DNA of 64,000 nucleotides from Allosphingosinicella sp. (GTDB taxonomy: Bacteria; Pseudomonadota; Alphaproteobacteria; Sphingomonadales; Sphingomonadaceae). The notes below the pieces were generated by a model. The model was not told where the DNA came from. It worked only from the letters and a program-made list of their open reading frames with translations, and ran no database searches. The stretch covers positions 4,296 to 68,295 of the forward strand of contig DASVQS010000024.1 of assembly GCA_036389015.1 (NCBI GenBank), given 5' to 3'. Position numbers and translations under genes: made by a program. Below are positions 9,409 through 19,685 of this stretch, one piece after another. Within the stretch, counting starts at the first letter, position 1. The number at the start of each line of letters is the position of its first letter.

Positions 9409-12402
9409 GTGTCGCTGTTGTCGCTCTCCGCGGCCCCGCCCGGCGGTGAAATCGTGACCGCCTTGCGCCCGGGAGTCTTCACCATTCCGCCGCACCGCGC
9501 CTTCGCCGACGCGCTCGCCGCGGGGCTGATCGCGCGCTTCGGCCGTGGCGAGCTGGGGCTGGCCGAGGGGCTCGTGCTGGTCCCCAACAACCGCGCCGCG
9601 AGGGCTGTCGCCGACGCTTTCGTCAGGCGCTCGGGCGGCGGCCTGCTCCTGCCCCGGCTCGTGCCCGTGGGCGACCCGGAGCTGGACGAGCGGATCGGCG
9701 GGGCGCTGGAGCCGCTCGGGGAGGGGGAGGCGTTTCCGCCCGCGGTCGAGCCGATCGAACGCCTGTTCCTGCTCGCCCGGCTGGTCCAGCAGAATGTCGC
9801 CGCGGTCGACGCCGCCGAGGCCTTGCGCCTCGCCGAGGATCTCGCCCGGACGCTCGATCAGCTGCTCGTCGAGGGCGTCGATCCCGCCCGGCTGCGCGAT
9901 TTCGCCGCGGATCTGCCCGACCTGTCGCTTCACTGGCAGAAGTCGCTGGAGCGGCTCGCGATCATCCTCGACCAATGGCCGCGACTGCTCGCCGAGCGGG
10001 GGCGGATCGACCTCGCCGACCGCCGCAACCGCCTCCTTGCCGCCGTGGCCAGGCGCTGGCGCTCCTCGCCGCCCGCCGGCTTCGTCGCCGCCGCCGGGAT
10101 TACCAGCAGCGCCCCCGCCATCGCCGGGTTGCTTCGAACCGTCTCCCGCCTCGACCGCGGCCTCGTTGTCTTCCCGGGCCTGGACCTCGGCATGGCACAA
10201 GCGGAATGGGATTCGCTCGGGCCGCACGAGCCGGACGAGGTCACCGGCCTCAGGCGGCGGCCGATCGAGACCCATCCCCAATTCCATCTCAAGCTCCTCC
10301 TCGACCGGATGGGCGTGGGCCGGGGCGAGGTGGAGCGCTGGCGCTGGGGCGGCGGCCGGGACGCGCCGGCGGTGCGCAGCCGGGCCATCGCCAACGCCAT
10401 GAAGCCCGCCGCCTTCACCGACCGATGGCAGGTCCTTCCCCCCGCCGAGCGCAGGCTCACCGGAGTCCGCGCGCTCGAGCTCGCCGATCCGGCCGAAGAG
10501 GCGCAGGCGATCGCGCTGGCGCTTCGCGAGGCGCTGGAAACTCCGGGCCGGACCGCCGCGCTGGTGACTCCCGATCGCAACCTCGCCCGGCGGGTCTCGA
10601 GCCATCTCCGGCGGTGGGGAGTCGAGGCCGACGACAGCGCCGGCCGGCCGCTCTCGCAGCTCGCGCCCGGGACCTTTCTCCTCGCCCTCGCCACCGCCGC
10701 CGCCGAGCAGTTCGCGCCGGTACCGCTGCTTGCCCTGCTCAAGCACCCCCTGGTCATGCGCGGGGAGGGGAGGCTGGACTGGCTCGAAGGCGCTCGAGCC
10801 CTCGATCTCGCCTTGCGCGGACCGCGGCCGCCGGCGGGGCTCGCGGGGATAAGCGATCATCTTTCCGACCGCGCGGGCCGCGATGCCGAGCGGCGCGAGC
10901 GCGCGTCGGTCTGGTGGAGAGACGCCGCCCCCCGGCTGAGCGCTCTCGAGCGCGGCTTTCGGGCGGAACGCGCGGCGCTTCCAGCCCTGCTCGGGCTTCT
11001 GCGCGAATCGGCTTCAGAGTTGAGCGGCGACGAGGTCTGGGCCGGTCCGGCCGGCCGCGCCGCCGCCGAGCTTCTCGAATCGGCGGAGCCGGCTTCGGCG
11101 CTCGGTCCGGCCCGGCTGTCGCCGGCGAGCCTTCCGGCGCTGCTCGAGCAGCTCCTCGCCGGAGTCGCGGTTCGGCCCCCTTACGGCCAGCATCCGCGCC
11201 TGTTCATCTGGGGCCTCATCGAAGCGCGCCTTCAATCGGCCGATCTCGTCATTCTCGGCGGGCTCAACGAGGGCGTCTGGCCGCAATTGCCGACTCCGGA
11301 CCCCTGGCTGGCGCCGCGCGTCCGGCGCGAGCTCGGCCTGCCGAGCCTGGAGCGCCGGATCGGCCTCGCCGCCCACGACTTCGCGAGCGCGCTCGGCGGC
11401 GGCGAGGTGCTCGTCACGCGCGCCCGCCGCGACGCCCGCTCGCCCGCCATCGCCTCGCGCTTCTGGCTGAGGCTCGAGGCGATGACCGCCGGAGTGACAC
11501 GCTCGCCGACGCATCGGAGCTGGGCTCGAGCGCTGGACCGGCCCGCCGCTTTCCTCCCCGCAGCGCGTCCCGCGCCCCGCCCGGCCGTGGTCGACCGGCC
11601 GCGGCGGATTGCCGTCACCGACGTCGACCGGCTGAAGGCCGATCCGTTCGCTTTCTACGCCCGCAAGATGCTGGCCTTCGCCCCGCTCGACGCGATCGAC
11701 GCCGACCCGAGCGCGGCCTGGCGTGGAAGCGCGGTGCACAAGGTGCTCGAAGCCTGGATGAAGGAGGATCGTTGCGAGCCCTCGAGGCTCCGGCCCCGGG
11801 CCGAGGCCCTGCTCGGGGATTCCGCCGCCCACCCGCTGATGCGGGCGTTGTGGCAGCCCCGGCTGCTCGAGGCGATCGACTGGATCGCGGCGGAGATGGC
11901 GAAGAACCTCGCCTCGGGCCGAAGTCCGGCGGCGGCGGAGGTGAAGGGGCGAATCGAGATGGACGGAGTCATCCTTCACGGCGAAGCGGACCGGATCGAC
12001 CGGCTCGCCGACGGCCGCCTCGCCATCGTCGACTATAAGACCGGGACCCCGCCCGGGCCCAAGGCGGTGGCCGAGGGCTATGCGATGCAGCTCGGGCTTC
12101 TCGGACTGATCGCGGAGCGCGGAGGTTTCGAGGGAATCGAAGGGGTTCCGGCCTGCTTCGAATATTGGTCCTTAGCCCGCAAGGCCGGCAGGCTCGGCTA
12201 TGTCGCGAGCCCGGTGACGAGCCGGGGCGGGATCGACGCCGCCGAATTCACCACCGTGGCCGCCCGCAATTTCCTGGGGGCGGCCGAGCGCTGGCTGACC
12301 GGAGACGAGGCGTTCACGGCGAAGCTCCACCCGGAACATGCCCCTTACGGGGATTACGACCAGCTGATGCGCCTCGACGAATGGTACGGGCGGGAGGCCT
12401 AG
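9409..12402 (+). CDS. addB: Double-strand break repair protein AddB (alphaproteobacterial type)
   Basis: 997 aa with a GTG start. The C-terminal PD-(D/E)XK nuclease motif is ILHGEADRIDRLADGRLAIVDYKTG. Position after tsaE-amgK-murU matches the usual alphaproteobacterial order. Confidence 0.8.
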   Translation: MSLLSLSAAPPGGEIVTALRPGVFTIPPHRAFADALAAGLIARFGRGELGLAEGLVLVPNNRAARAVADAFVRRSGGGLLLPRLVPVGDPELDERIGGALEPLGEGEAFPPAVEPIERLFLLARLVQQNVAAVDAAEALRLAEDLARTLDQLLVEGVDPARLRDFAADLPDLSLHWQKSLERLAIILDQWPRLLAERGRIDLADRRNRLLAAVARRWRSSPPAGFVAAAGITSSAPAIAGLLRTVSRLDRGLVVFPGLDLGMAQAEWDSLGPHEPDEVTGLRRRPIETHPQFHLKLLLDRMGVGRGEVERWRWGGGRDAPAVRSRAIANAMKPAAFTDRWQVLPPAERRLTGVRALELADPAEEAQAIALALREALETPGRTAALVTPDRNLARRVSSHLRRWGVEADDSAGRPLSQLAPGTFLLALATAAAEQFAPVPLLALLKHPLVMRGEGRLDWLEGARALDLALRGPRPPAGLAGISDHLSDRAGRDAERRERASVWWRDAAPRLSALERGFRAERAALPALLGLLRESASELSGDEVWAGPAGRAAAELLESAEPASALGPARLSPASLPALLEQLLAGVAVRPPYGQHPRLFIWGLIEARLQSADLVILGGLNEGVWPQLPTPDPWLAPRVRRELGLPSLERRIGLAAHDFASALGGGEVLVTRARRDARSPAIASRFWLRLEAMTAGVTRSPTHRSWARALDRPAAFLPAARPAPRPAVVDRPRRIAVTDVDRLKADPFAFYARKMLAFAPLDAIDADPSAAWRGSAVHKVLEAWMKEDRCEPSRLRPRAEALLGDSAAHPLMRALWQPRLLEAIDWIAAEMAKNLASGRSPAAAEVKGRIEMDGVILHGEADRIDRLADGRLAIVDYKTGTPPGPKAVAEGYAMQLGLLGLIAERGGFEGIEGVPACFEYWSLARKAGRLGYVASPVTSRGGIDAAEFTTVAARNFLGAAERWLTGDEAFTAKLHPEHAPYGDYDQLMRLDEWYGREA

Positions 12403-12719
12403 CCCCGCTCGCCGGCCCTCATCGCCAGCTGCATCCGGTGCGCACGGGCCCGGGCGTGACCCGAGCGGCCCTGGGCGCAGCGGTCGCGAACCGTCGACGA
12501 GCAACGCGGATAGGCGCCGGAATCGGCCTCGGGCGCGACCGCGATTCGCGGCGGCTTCGGCTTGGCCGGCTTGGCGGCGACGGGAGCGGCGCCCTTCGGG
12601 GCTTCGGCCGCGACCACCGAGTCCAGCTCGCCGCCGGGGGGAACGCTGGCGGTCGTCGACGGCGGCGTGTTGGCGGTGGCGAGGAGCAGCCCCCCTGCGG
12701 CCAGGATCAGTCTCTTCAT
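12399..12719 (-). CDS. Small secreted hypothetical protein (Pro/Ala-rich, two Cys)
   Basis: 106 aa. Signal peptide MKRLILAAGGLLLATA, a low-complexity PAKPKPP region, then YPRCSSTVRDRCAQ. Convergent with addB, and the two stops overlap. Confidence 0.5.
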   Translation of the reverse strand: MKRLILAAGGLLLATANTPPSTTASVPPGGELDSVVAAEAPKGAAPVAAKPAKPKPPRIAVAPEADSGAYPRCSSTVRDRCAQGRSGHARARAHRMQLAMRAGERG

Positions 12720-12859
12720 TCGGCTCTCCCTTTTCGGCGGCTCGAACGGTCGGCGCCGTTTCTCGTCAACAGCTTATCACCGGACGCTTCGTACTTCTAC
12801 TGTGACGTCATGACGCCGCGCAGGCGCTCGGGCCGGCGGGCGTCCCAAAGCAGAACGCT

Positions 12860-12896
12860 CCCCAAAGCAGAACGCCCCGGCCGCGAGGCCGGGGCG
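12860..12896 (-). terminator. Rho-independent terminator after the glycine-zipper gene
   Basis: Minus-strand read: CGCCCCGGCC-tcgc-GGCCGGGGCG followed by TTCTGCTTTGGGG. A tandem CCCAAAGCAGAACGC direct repeat sits next to it. Confidence 0.6.
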
Positions 12897-12922
12897 TCGA
12901 TGACAAATCGCGTCGGCGCCGC

Positions 12923-13243
12923 CTAGCGGCAGCGGCGGCTGCTCACCACGTTGCGCTCGACATGGCGGCCGAGCAGGGCTCCGACGGCGGCGCCCAGCAC
13001 GGTGCCGGTCGTGCGGCTGCCGCGGCCGGCGATCGCCCGGCCGGCGAGCGCGCCCGCAGCGCCGCCGACGACGAGGCCGGTGGTGCCGTTGGGCTTGCGG
13101 CAATAGATCCTGCCGTCCGACCCGCGCCAGGTCTTGCCGTGGTAGGTCGACTGGGCGACGGCCGGGGTGGTGGGCAGCGCGATCGCCGGGACCGTCAGGG
13201 TGGCGGCGGAAAGGGCCATGACGAGGGTACGCATCGGAAACAC
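12923..13243 (-). CDS. Glycine-zipper (17-kDa surface antigen-like) secreted or outer-membrane protein
   Basis: 106 aa. Signal peptide MRTLVMALSAATLTVPAIALPTTPAVAQ. Gly-zipper region GLVVGGAAGALAGRAIAGRG...GAAVGALLG. Confidence 0.6.
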   Translation of the reverse strand: MFPMRTLVMALSAATLTVPAIALPTTPAVAQSTYHGKTWRGSDGRIYCRKPNGTTGLVVGGAAGALAGRAIAGRGSRTTGTVLGAAVGALLGRHVERNVVSSRRCR

Positions 13244-13335
13244 TCCTTGTTCAACTGAAGGAGCGTCTAGCCCGAGTCCCTTGAGTCCCGCCTGAACTCG
13301 ACTGACAGGCGAGGTTCAGCTTTTCGATCAGCTAC

Positions 13336-13527
13336 TTAGCGGTCGCCCTTGCGCTTCTTGGCGTAGAGGAGGGCGGCGACGATCGCCGCCGAGCCGATCC
13401 CGATCGCGGCGCCCGTCACCAGATGCTTGTTGCGCTTCGAGCCCTCGGCGCCGGTCTGCGGACCGTTTTCGGAGCCCTCGGCCTCGCCGACCGCGGCGTC
13501 TTTCGGGTAGGAAGGCTTGCGCGACAT
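13336..13527 (-). CDS. Small C-tail-anchored membrane protein
   Basis: ORF 13336..13557. The second ATG (13527) has GGGAG 7 nt upstream. MSRKPSYPKDAAVGEAEGSENGPQTGAEGSKRNKHLVTGAAIGIGSAAIVAALLYAKKRKGDR: a hydrophilic N-terminus followed by a single C-terminal TM. Confidence 0.5.
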   Translation of the reverse strand: MSRKPSYPKDAAVGEAEGSENGPQTGAEGSKRNKHLVTGAAIGIGSAAIVAALLYAKKRKGDR

Positions 13528-13725
13528 GGGTTGGCTCCCTCGATTGCTGGGCCTCATCTAATCGCGCCCGCTCCGGTTCGCCAGCCCGGCGGCTTGATTT
13601 AGGCGGGCTCGCCCGCTACAGGCGCGCCATCCCACATGCAGGGCCATCATACCGGTGCCCGCCAGAGCTTATAGCGACGGCGGGTCTCTCGGCCCTGCAG
13701 AGGCATAACCGGAAGGAGAAAGACC

Positions 13726-14484
13726 ATGGCGTCCACCGACGTCACCATGCAGCAATTGCTCGAGGCCGGAGCGCATTTCGGCCACCAGACCCACCGCTGG
13801 AACCCCAAGATGAAGCCGTACATCTTCGGCGACAGGAACGGGGTCCATATCATCGATCTCTCGCAGACCGTGCCGCTCTTCGCCCGCGCTCTCGATTTCG
13901 TCCGCCAGTCGGTCGCCGCCGGCGGCAAGGTGCTGTTCGTGGGCACCAAGCGGCAGGCCCAGGATCCGATCGCGGAAGCCGCGCGTCGCTCCGGCCAGCA
14001 TTTCGTCAACCATCGCTGGCTGGGCGGAATGCTCACCAACTGGAAGACCATCTCCAACTCGATCAAGCGCTTCAAGAGCCTCGAGGAGCAGCTCAGCGGC
14101 GACACCGCCGGCCTCACCAAGAAGGAGGTGCTCCAGCTCACCCGCGAGCGCGACAAGCTCGAGCTCTCGCTCGGCGGAATCCGCGAGATGGGCGGCCTTC
14201 CCGACGTCATCTTCGTGATCGACGCCAACAAGGAGGAGCTTGCGATCAAGGAAGCCAACGTGCTCGGAATCCCGGTCGTGGGAATCCTCGATTCGAACGT
14301 CAGCCCGCAGGGCATCGCCTTCCCGGTCCCGGGCAATGACGACGCCAGCCGAGCCATCCGCCTCTATTGCGACGCCGTCGCCGACGCCGCCCTCGCCGGC
14401 AAGTCGGGCGGAGCCGCCGCCCGCGGCGAGGACATCGGAGCGATGGACGCGCCCCCGGCCGAGGCGGCCCTGGCCGAGGCTTAG
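13726..14484 (+). CDS. rpsB: 30S ribosomal protein S2
   Basis: [28 protein letters not shown]...; full length, 252 aa. Confidence 0.97.
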   Translation: MASTDVTMQQLLEAGAHFGHQTHRWNPKMKPYIFGDRNGVHIIDLSQTVPLFARALDFVRQSVAAGGKVLFVGTKRQAQDPIAEAARRSGQHFVNHRWLGGMLTNWKTISNSIKRFKSLEEQLSGDTAGLTKKEVLQLTRERDKLELSLGGIREMGGLPDVIFVIDANKEELAIKEANVLGIPVVGILDSNVSPQGIAFPVPGNDDASRAIRLYCDAVADAALAGKSGGAAARGEDIGAMDAPPAEAALAEA

Positions 14485-14510
14485 GTTTCGAAGGGGCAGC
14501 GATCCCCCTC

Positions 14511-14589
14511 CCGTTCGGGCTGAGCCTGTCGAAGCCCTCCCTTTCTTCCGAGCGAAGGAAGGCCCTTCGACAGGCTCAGGGCGAACGGT
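14511..14589. repeat. Intergenic palindromic repeat, family C
   Basis: CCGTTCGGGCTGAGCCTGTCGAAGCCC ... GGGCCCTTCGACAGGCTCAGGGCGAACGG, between rpsB and tsf. Related to the element at 37795..37898. Confidence 0.8.
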
Positions 14590-14620
14590 GTTTCTGCACT
14601 AGATCAAGAGGATATGAGAC

Positions 14621-15568
14621 ATGGCTGAGATCACGGCCGCCACCGTCAAGGAACTGCGCGAGCGCACCGGCGCCGGCATGATGGACTGCAAGAAGGCGCT
14701 GGGCGAGACCCAGGGCGACATGGAAGCGGCGATCGACTGGCTCCGCGCCAAGGGCCTCGCCGCCGCCGCCAAGAAGGCCGGCCGGACCGCCGCCGAGGGC
14801 CTCGTCGGAGTCGCCGTCGCGGGCAATCGCGGCGCCGTCGTCGAGGTCAATTCGGAGACCGACTTCGTCTCCAAGAACGAGCAGTTCCAGGAGTTCGTGA
14901 GCGCGGTCACCCAGCTCGCGCTCACCGGCAGCGGCACGGTCGAGGGCCTCCTTGCGGCCGAATATCCCGGCGGCGGCACCGTCGAGGAGAAGCTCACCGC
15001 CAACATCTCGACGATCGGCGAGAACCAGTCGCTTCGCCGCTCCGCCGTGCTTCAGGTCCCCCAGGGCGTGGTCGTTTCCTACGTCCATAATGCGGTGAAG
15101 GCCGGCCTCGGCAAGATCGGGGTGCTCGTCGCGCTCGAGAGCGAGGGCGACGTCGAGGCTCTGAGCCAGCTCGGCAAGCAGCTCGCCATGCACATCGCCG
15201 CGGCCAACCCGCAGGCGCTGACCGGCGAGGAGCTCGACCCGTCGCTGATCGAGCGCGAGCGCGCCATCGCCTCCGAGAAGGCGGCCGAGAGCGGCAAGCC
15301 CGCCGACATCGTCGCCAAGATGGTCGACGGCGCAATGGCCAAGTTCCGCAAGGAGAATGCGCTGATGAGCCAGCTCTTCGTCATGGACAACAAGACGAAG
15401 GTCGAGGACGTCATCGCCGCCGAGGCCAAGCGCACCGGCAGCGCCATCTCGCTCAACGCCTATGTCCGCTTCCAGCTGGGCGAAGGCATCGAGAAGAAGG
15501 AGAGCGACTTCGCCGCCGAAGTCGCCGCCGCTTCCGGGGTCGGCAAGCCCGAGCCCGCCGACGCCTAA
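14621..15568 (+). CDS. tsf: Translation elongation factor Ts
   Basis: [27 protein letters not shown]...; 315 aa, immediately after rpsB. Confidence 0.97.
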   Translation: MAEITAATVKELRERTGAGMMDCKKALGETQGDMEAAIDWLRAKGLAAAAKKAGRTAAEGLVGVAVAGNRGAVVEVNSETDFVSKNEQFQEFVSAVTQLALTGSGTVEGLLAAEYPGGGTVEEKLTANISTIGENQSLRRSAVLQVPQGVVVSYVHNAVKAGLGKIGVLVALESEGDVEALSQLGKQLAMHIAAANPQALTGEELDPSLIERERAIASEKAAESGKPADIVAKMVDGAMAKFRKENALMSQLFVMDNKTKVEDVIAAEAKRTGSAISLNAYVRFQLGEGIEKKESDFAAEVAAASGVGKPEPADA

Positions 15569-15647
15569 CCCTGCTTGGCAGGGTGGCGCGCCCTTATTAA
15601 GGTGCGCCACCCCGCCGCTCCTCACGCCGATCGGACCCAAGCCCGCC

Positions 15648-16370
15648 ATGCCGCGCCCGCGCTTCAACCGGATCCTGCTGAAGCTGTCGGGCGAGGCGTT
15701 GATGGGGGAGGGGGCGTTCGGAATCGACCCCGACACGACGGCTCGCCTCGCCAGCGAGATCGCCGCTGCGATCGAGGCGGGGCATCAGCTGTCGATCGTC
15801 GTCGGCGGAGGCAATATCTTCCGCGGCCTGGCCGGCGCCGCCAAGGGCTTCGACCGGGCGAGCGCCGATTATATGGGCATGCTCGCCACGGTCATGAACG
15901 CGCTCGCCCTCCAGAACGCTCTCGAGAAGATCGGCGCCGATACCCGGGTGCTTTCCGCCATCCCGATGGCGACGGTCTCGGAGCCCTACATTCGCCGCCG
16001 GGCCCTCCGCCACATGGAGAAGGGGCGGGTGGTGATCTTCGCCGCCGGCACCGGCAATCCCTATTTCACCACCGACACCGCCGCCGCCCTTCGCGCCGCC
16101 GAAATGGGTTGCGACGCTTTGTTCAAGGGCACCAGCGTCGACGGCATCTACGACGCCGACCCGAAGAAGAAGCCCGACGCCAAACGTTATGAGGGTCTGT
16201 CGTTCCAGCAGGTGCTTGCGGACGACCTCAAGGTGATGGACGCCAGCGCCGTCGCCTTGTGCCGCGACAACGACATCCCGATCGTCGTCTTCAACATCCG
16301 CGAGCAGGGCAACCTCGCCCGGGTGCTGAGCGGCGAGGGGACCGCAACGATCGTCCAGAACGAGGAGTAG
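15648..16370 (+). CDS. pyrH: UMP kinase
   Basis: ORF 15462..16370. Real start is [20 protein letters not shown] at 15648. Contains GGGNIFRG and [11 protein letters not shown]. Confidence 0.95.
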   Translation: MPRPRFNRILLKLSGEALMGEGAFGIDPDTTARLASEIAAAIEAGHQLSIVVGGGNIFRGLAGAAKGFDRASADYMGMLATVMNALALQNALEKIGADTRVLSAIPMATVSEPYIRRRALRHMEKGRVVIFAAGTGNPYFTTDTAAALRAAEMGCDALFKGTSVDGIYDADPKKKPDAKRYEGLSFQQVLADDLKVMDASAVALCRDNDIPIVVFNIREQGNLARVLSGEGTATIVQNEE

Positions 16371-16373
16371 GAC

Positions 16374-16931
16374 ATGCCCGCGTACGACAAGGCCGACATC
16401 CAGCGCCGAATGCATGGCGCGGTGGAAGCGCTGAAGCACGATCTCGTCGGCCTGAGGACCGGCCGAGCCTCGACCAGCCTGCTCGATCCGATCCAGGTCG
16501 AGGTCTATGGCGCCAACATGCCCATCAACCAGGTGGCGACGGTTTCGACTCCGGAGGCAAGGATGCTCTCGGTCCAGGTCTGGGACCGATCCAACGTCAC
16601 TCCGGTCGAGAAGGCGATCCGCAACGCCGGCCTCGGCATCAACCCCATCGTCGACGGCACCACCATCCGGCTGCCGATCCCGGACCTGACCCAGGAAAGG
16701 CGCAAGGAGCTGGCCAAGCTCGCCGGCCAATATGCCGAGAAGGCCCGGATCGCCGTCCGCAACGTCCGCCGCGACGGCATGGAGGCCTTGAAGACCGACG
16801 AGAAGAAGCACGAGATCAGCGAGGACGAGCACAAGCGCCTCGCCGTCGAGGTGCAGAAGTTCACCGACGACACGATCAAGGAGATCGACTCCGCGGCCTC
16901 CGCCAAGGAGAAGGAAATCCTTCAGCAGTGA
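16374..16931 (+). CDS. frr: Ribosome recycling factor
   Basis: 185 aa. Contains [19 protein letters not shown] and [15 protein letters not shown]. Confidence 0.97.
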   Translation: MPAYDKADIQRRMHGAVEALKHDLVGLRTGRASTSLLDPIQVEVYGANMPINQVATVSTPEARMLSVQVWDRSNVTPVEKAIRNAGLGINPIVDGTTIRLPIPDLTQERRKELAKLAGQYAEKARIAVRNVRRDGMEALKTDEKKHEISEDEHKRLAVEVQKFTDDTIKEIDSAASAKEKEILQQ

Positions 16932-17677
16932 CCGTCCGCTCCGCCCCCCTGGCGCCGGAAAGCTCCGGCGGCGGCGGCTCGCCGATTCCCCGCCATGTCG
17001 CCATCATCATGGACGGCAACGGCCGCTGGGCGAAGGCGAGAGGGCTGCCCCGCGCCGCGGGCCACCGCCAGGGCGCGGAGGCGGCGCGCAAGGTGCTTCG
17101 CGCCGCCGGCGAAGCCGGGGTGGAATGCCTCACCCTCTACGCTTTCTCCTCTGAAAACTGGCGGCGGCCGCAGGACGAGATCAACGACCTCATGGGGCTG
17201 TTGCGCTTCTATATCTCGCGCGAGCTCGACGCCCTCCACCGGGAAGGTGTCCGGCTGAGAATATTGGGCGATCACAAGGCCTTCCAGGCGGATGTTGCGA
17301 AACTGGTCGATCAGGCCGTCGAACGCACCGCCGGCAACCGGCGAATGACCCTGGCGATCGCGCTCAACTACGGCGCTCGCGCCGAGCTCGTCCAGGCGGC
17401 GCGCCGGCTCGCCGAGCGGGTGGAAGCCGGCGAGCTGCGCCCCGCCGACGTCGACGAGGCGGGGATCGAGGCGTCGCTCGACACCGCCGAGCTTCCGCCG
17501 CTCGACCTCCTCATCCGAACCTCGGGCGAGCAGCGCCTCTCCAACTTCCTGCTCTGGCAGGCGGCCTATGCCGAATTGCTGTTCGTCGACACCCTCTGGC
17601 CCGACTTCGACGGCGACGCCCTGCGCTCGGCGCTCGCCGACTATGCCGGCCGCGAGCGCAGGTTCGGCGGCCGATGA
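16928..17677 (+). CDS. uppS: Isoprenyl transferase (undecaprenyl diphosphate synthase)
   Basis: In frame within ORF 16259..17677. GTG 16928 overlaps the frr stop (GTGA). Contains [29 protein letters not shown] and FSSENWRRP. Confidence 0.9.
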   Translation: MTVRSAPLAPESSGGGGSPIPRHVAIIMDGNGRWAKARGLPRAAGHRQGAEAARKVLRAAGEAGVECLTLYAFSSENWRRPQDEINDLMGLLRFYISRELDALHREGVRLRILGDHKAFQADVAKLVDQAVERTAGNRRMTLAIALNYGARAELVQAARRLAERVEAGELRPADVDEAGIEASLDTAELPPLDLLIRTSGEQRLSNFLLWQAAYAELLFVDTLWPDFDGDALRSALADYAGRERRFGGR

Positions 17678-18522
17678 GCGACAAGGCCCCGGCGGCGCCC
17701 CAATCCGACCTGCTCACCCGTTTCGCCGCCGGCGTGGTGATGATCGCGGTCGCCTGCGTCGCCATCTACGTCGGCGGCTGGCTGTTCCGGCTGCTCGTCG
17801 CGGCGGGGGCGGGCGTGATGATCCTCGAATGGGGCGACATGCACCGGCTTAGGCGGAGCTACAGCTATTTCGCCCTCGGCCTGCTCGTCCTGGTGCTTCT
17901 CGGAGCGGCGCAATATCTCTACCCGGTCGGCGAGATCGATGTCATCGAAGGGATCGAGGCGGTTTCCGTCTCCACCTTCGAGGAAGCCTGGCTCGGCTTC
18001 GCCGCAGTCGCCGCGGCCGCGCTCGCCGCTCTTCTCGCCAGTCGACGGGTAAGCCTGGGCTGGGGGATGCTCTACGTCGGAATCCCGTCCTTCGCCCTCA
18101 TGGTCGTCGAATGGGCCCGTTTCGACCTCGTCTTCTGGCTTATGCTCGTGACCTGGGCGACCGACATCTTCGCTTATTTCGCCGGCCGCTCGATCGGCGG
18201 CCCCAAGCTGGCGCCCAAGGTCAGCCCCAACAAGACCTGGGCCGGGCTGATCGGCGGAATGGCCGGAGCCGCCGTCGTCGGAGCGCTCGCCGCCTGGCTG
18301 TTCGGAATCTCGGCCGAGCTTCCCGGCTTCGTCTGGCTCGGAGCGCCGATGGGCCTGCTCGCCCAGCTCGGCGACCTCTACGAGAGCCGGGTCAAGCGCC
18401 GCCTCGGGGTCAAGGACAGCGGCACCCTGCTTCCCGGCCACGGCGGAGTCCTCGACCGGCTCGACGGTCTCCTCCCTGTCATCCTTGCGACCCTTCTCGT
18501 CCTGATCGCCAGCCTCGCGTGA
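17674..18522 (+). CDS. cdsA: Phosphatidate cytidylyltransferase
   Basis: 282 aa polytopic membrane protein with SRVKRRLGVKDSGTLLPGHGGVLDRLD. ATGA overlap with uppS. Confidence 0.92.
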   Translation: MSDKAPAAPQSDLLTRFAAGVVMIAVACVAIYVGGWLFRLLVAAGAGVMILEWGDMHRLRRSYSYFALGLLVLVLLGAAQYLYPVGEIDVIEGIEAVSVSTFEEAWLGFAAVAAAALAALLASRRVSLGWGMLYVGIPSFALMVVEWARFDLVFWLMLVTWATDIFAYFAGRSIGGPKLAPKVSPNKTWAGLIGGMAGAAVVGALAAWLFGISAELPGFVWLGAPMGLLAQLGDLYESRVKRRLGVKDSGTLLPGHGGVLDRLDGLLPVILATLLVLIASLA

Positions 18523-19685
18523 CCCAGCGGCGAAGCGTCACCATCCTCGGCGCCACGGGCTCCGTCGGCCGCTCCACGCTCGACCTGATCGAACGCAACC
18601 GGGAGCGCTACGACGTCCTCGCGGTCACCGCCCATCGCGATGTCGACGGTCTCGCCGAAGCCGCCCGCAGGGTAAGCGCCGGCCGGGCGGTCATCGCCGA
18701 CGAGTCCCTGCTCGAACCGCTCCGCTGCGCACTGGCGGGGAGCGGCACCGAGGCCGCGGCGGGCGAGGGAGCCGTGCTCGAGGCGGCCGGCGCCGGCGCC
18801 GACTGGACGATGGCGGCAATCGTCGGCACCGCCGGCCTCAGCCCGACCATGGCGGCGATCCGCGGCGGCCGCACGGTCGCCCTCGCCAACAAGGAGGCGC
18901 TGGTCTCGGCCGGCCATTTGATGATCGAGGCCGCGAGCAGCAGCGGCGCGGCCTTGCTCCCGGTCGATTCCGAGCACAACGCCATCTTCCAGTGCTTCGA
19001 CCGGGCCCGGCCCGAAGCGGTGCGCCGGATCGTCCTCACCGCCAGCGGCGGGCCGTTCCGCGACAAGACCCTCGAGGAGATGCGCACGGCCACTCCGAGC
19101 CAGGCGATCGCCCATCCCAACTGGTCGATGGGCGCCAAGATCTCGGTCGATTGCGCCACCCTGATGAACAAGGGACTCGAGCTGATCGAGGCCTTCCACC
19201 TCTTCCCGCTGCCCGCCGAGGCTTTCGACATCGTCATCCACCCGCAGTCGGTGGTCCACAGCCTCGTCGAATATGTCGACGGCTCGGTCCTCGCCCAGCT
19301 GGGCTCGCCCGACATGCGGATCCCGATCGCCTATACGCTTGCCTGGCCCGAGCGGATGGAGACTCCCTGCGAGCGGCTCGACCTGGTCAGGACGGGCACA
19401 TTGAGCTTCGCGGCCCCCGATCCCGAGCGCTTCCCCGCTCTCGAACTGGCCCGGCAGGCGCTTCGCGACGGTGGGGCGAGGCCGGCGGTCCTCAACGCGG
19501 CGAACGAAGTCGCGGTCGGAGCGTTTCTGGGCGGCGGCATCGGTTTTCTCGACATCGCTTCCATCGCCGCCGAGACTTTGCAATGCTATTCGCCGGCGGC
19601 GCCCGGCTCGGTCGAAGAGGTGCTCGACATCGACCGGGAGGCCCGCGCCTCCGCCGAAACTATCGTGAAAAGGGTGACTCGTTGA
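18519..19685 (+). CDS. dxr: 1-deoxy-D-xylulose 5-phosphate reductoisomerase
   Basis: In frame within ORF 18111..19685. GTG 18519 overlaps the cdsA stop (GTGA). Contains VTILGATGSVGRSTLDLI and LPVDSEHNAIFQC. Confidence 0.93.
   Translation: MTQRRSVTILGATGSVGRSTLDLIERNRERYDVLAVTAHRDVDGLAEAARRVSAGRAVIADESLLEPLRCALAGSGTEAAAGEGAVLEAAGAGADWTMAAIVGTAGLSPTMAAIRGGRTVALANKEALVSAGHLMIEAASSSGAALLPVDSEHNAIFQCFDRARPEAVRRIVLTASGGPFRDKTLEEMRTATPSQAIAHPNWSMGAKISVDCATLMNKGLELIEAFHLFPLPAEAFDIVIHPQSVVHSLVEYVDGSVLAQLGSPDMRIPIAYTLAWPERMETPCERLDLVRTGTLSFAAPDPERFPALELARQALRDGGARPAVLNAANEVAVGAFLGGGIGFLDIASIAAETLQCYSPAAPGSVEEVLDIDREARASAETIVKRVTR

Noticed and set aside
13291-13320. EcfG-type general-stress promoter upstream of the glycine-zipper gene (TGAAC-N16-AGTT)
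   Set aside because: It matches GGAAC-N16/17-CGTT only partially. The two halves are really the arms of a palindrome (CTGAAC...GTTCAG) that could equally be a 3' hairpin of the upstream small gene. This is too weak to call.
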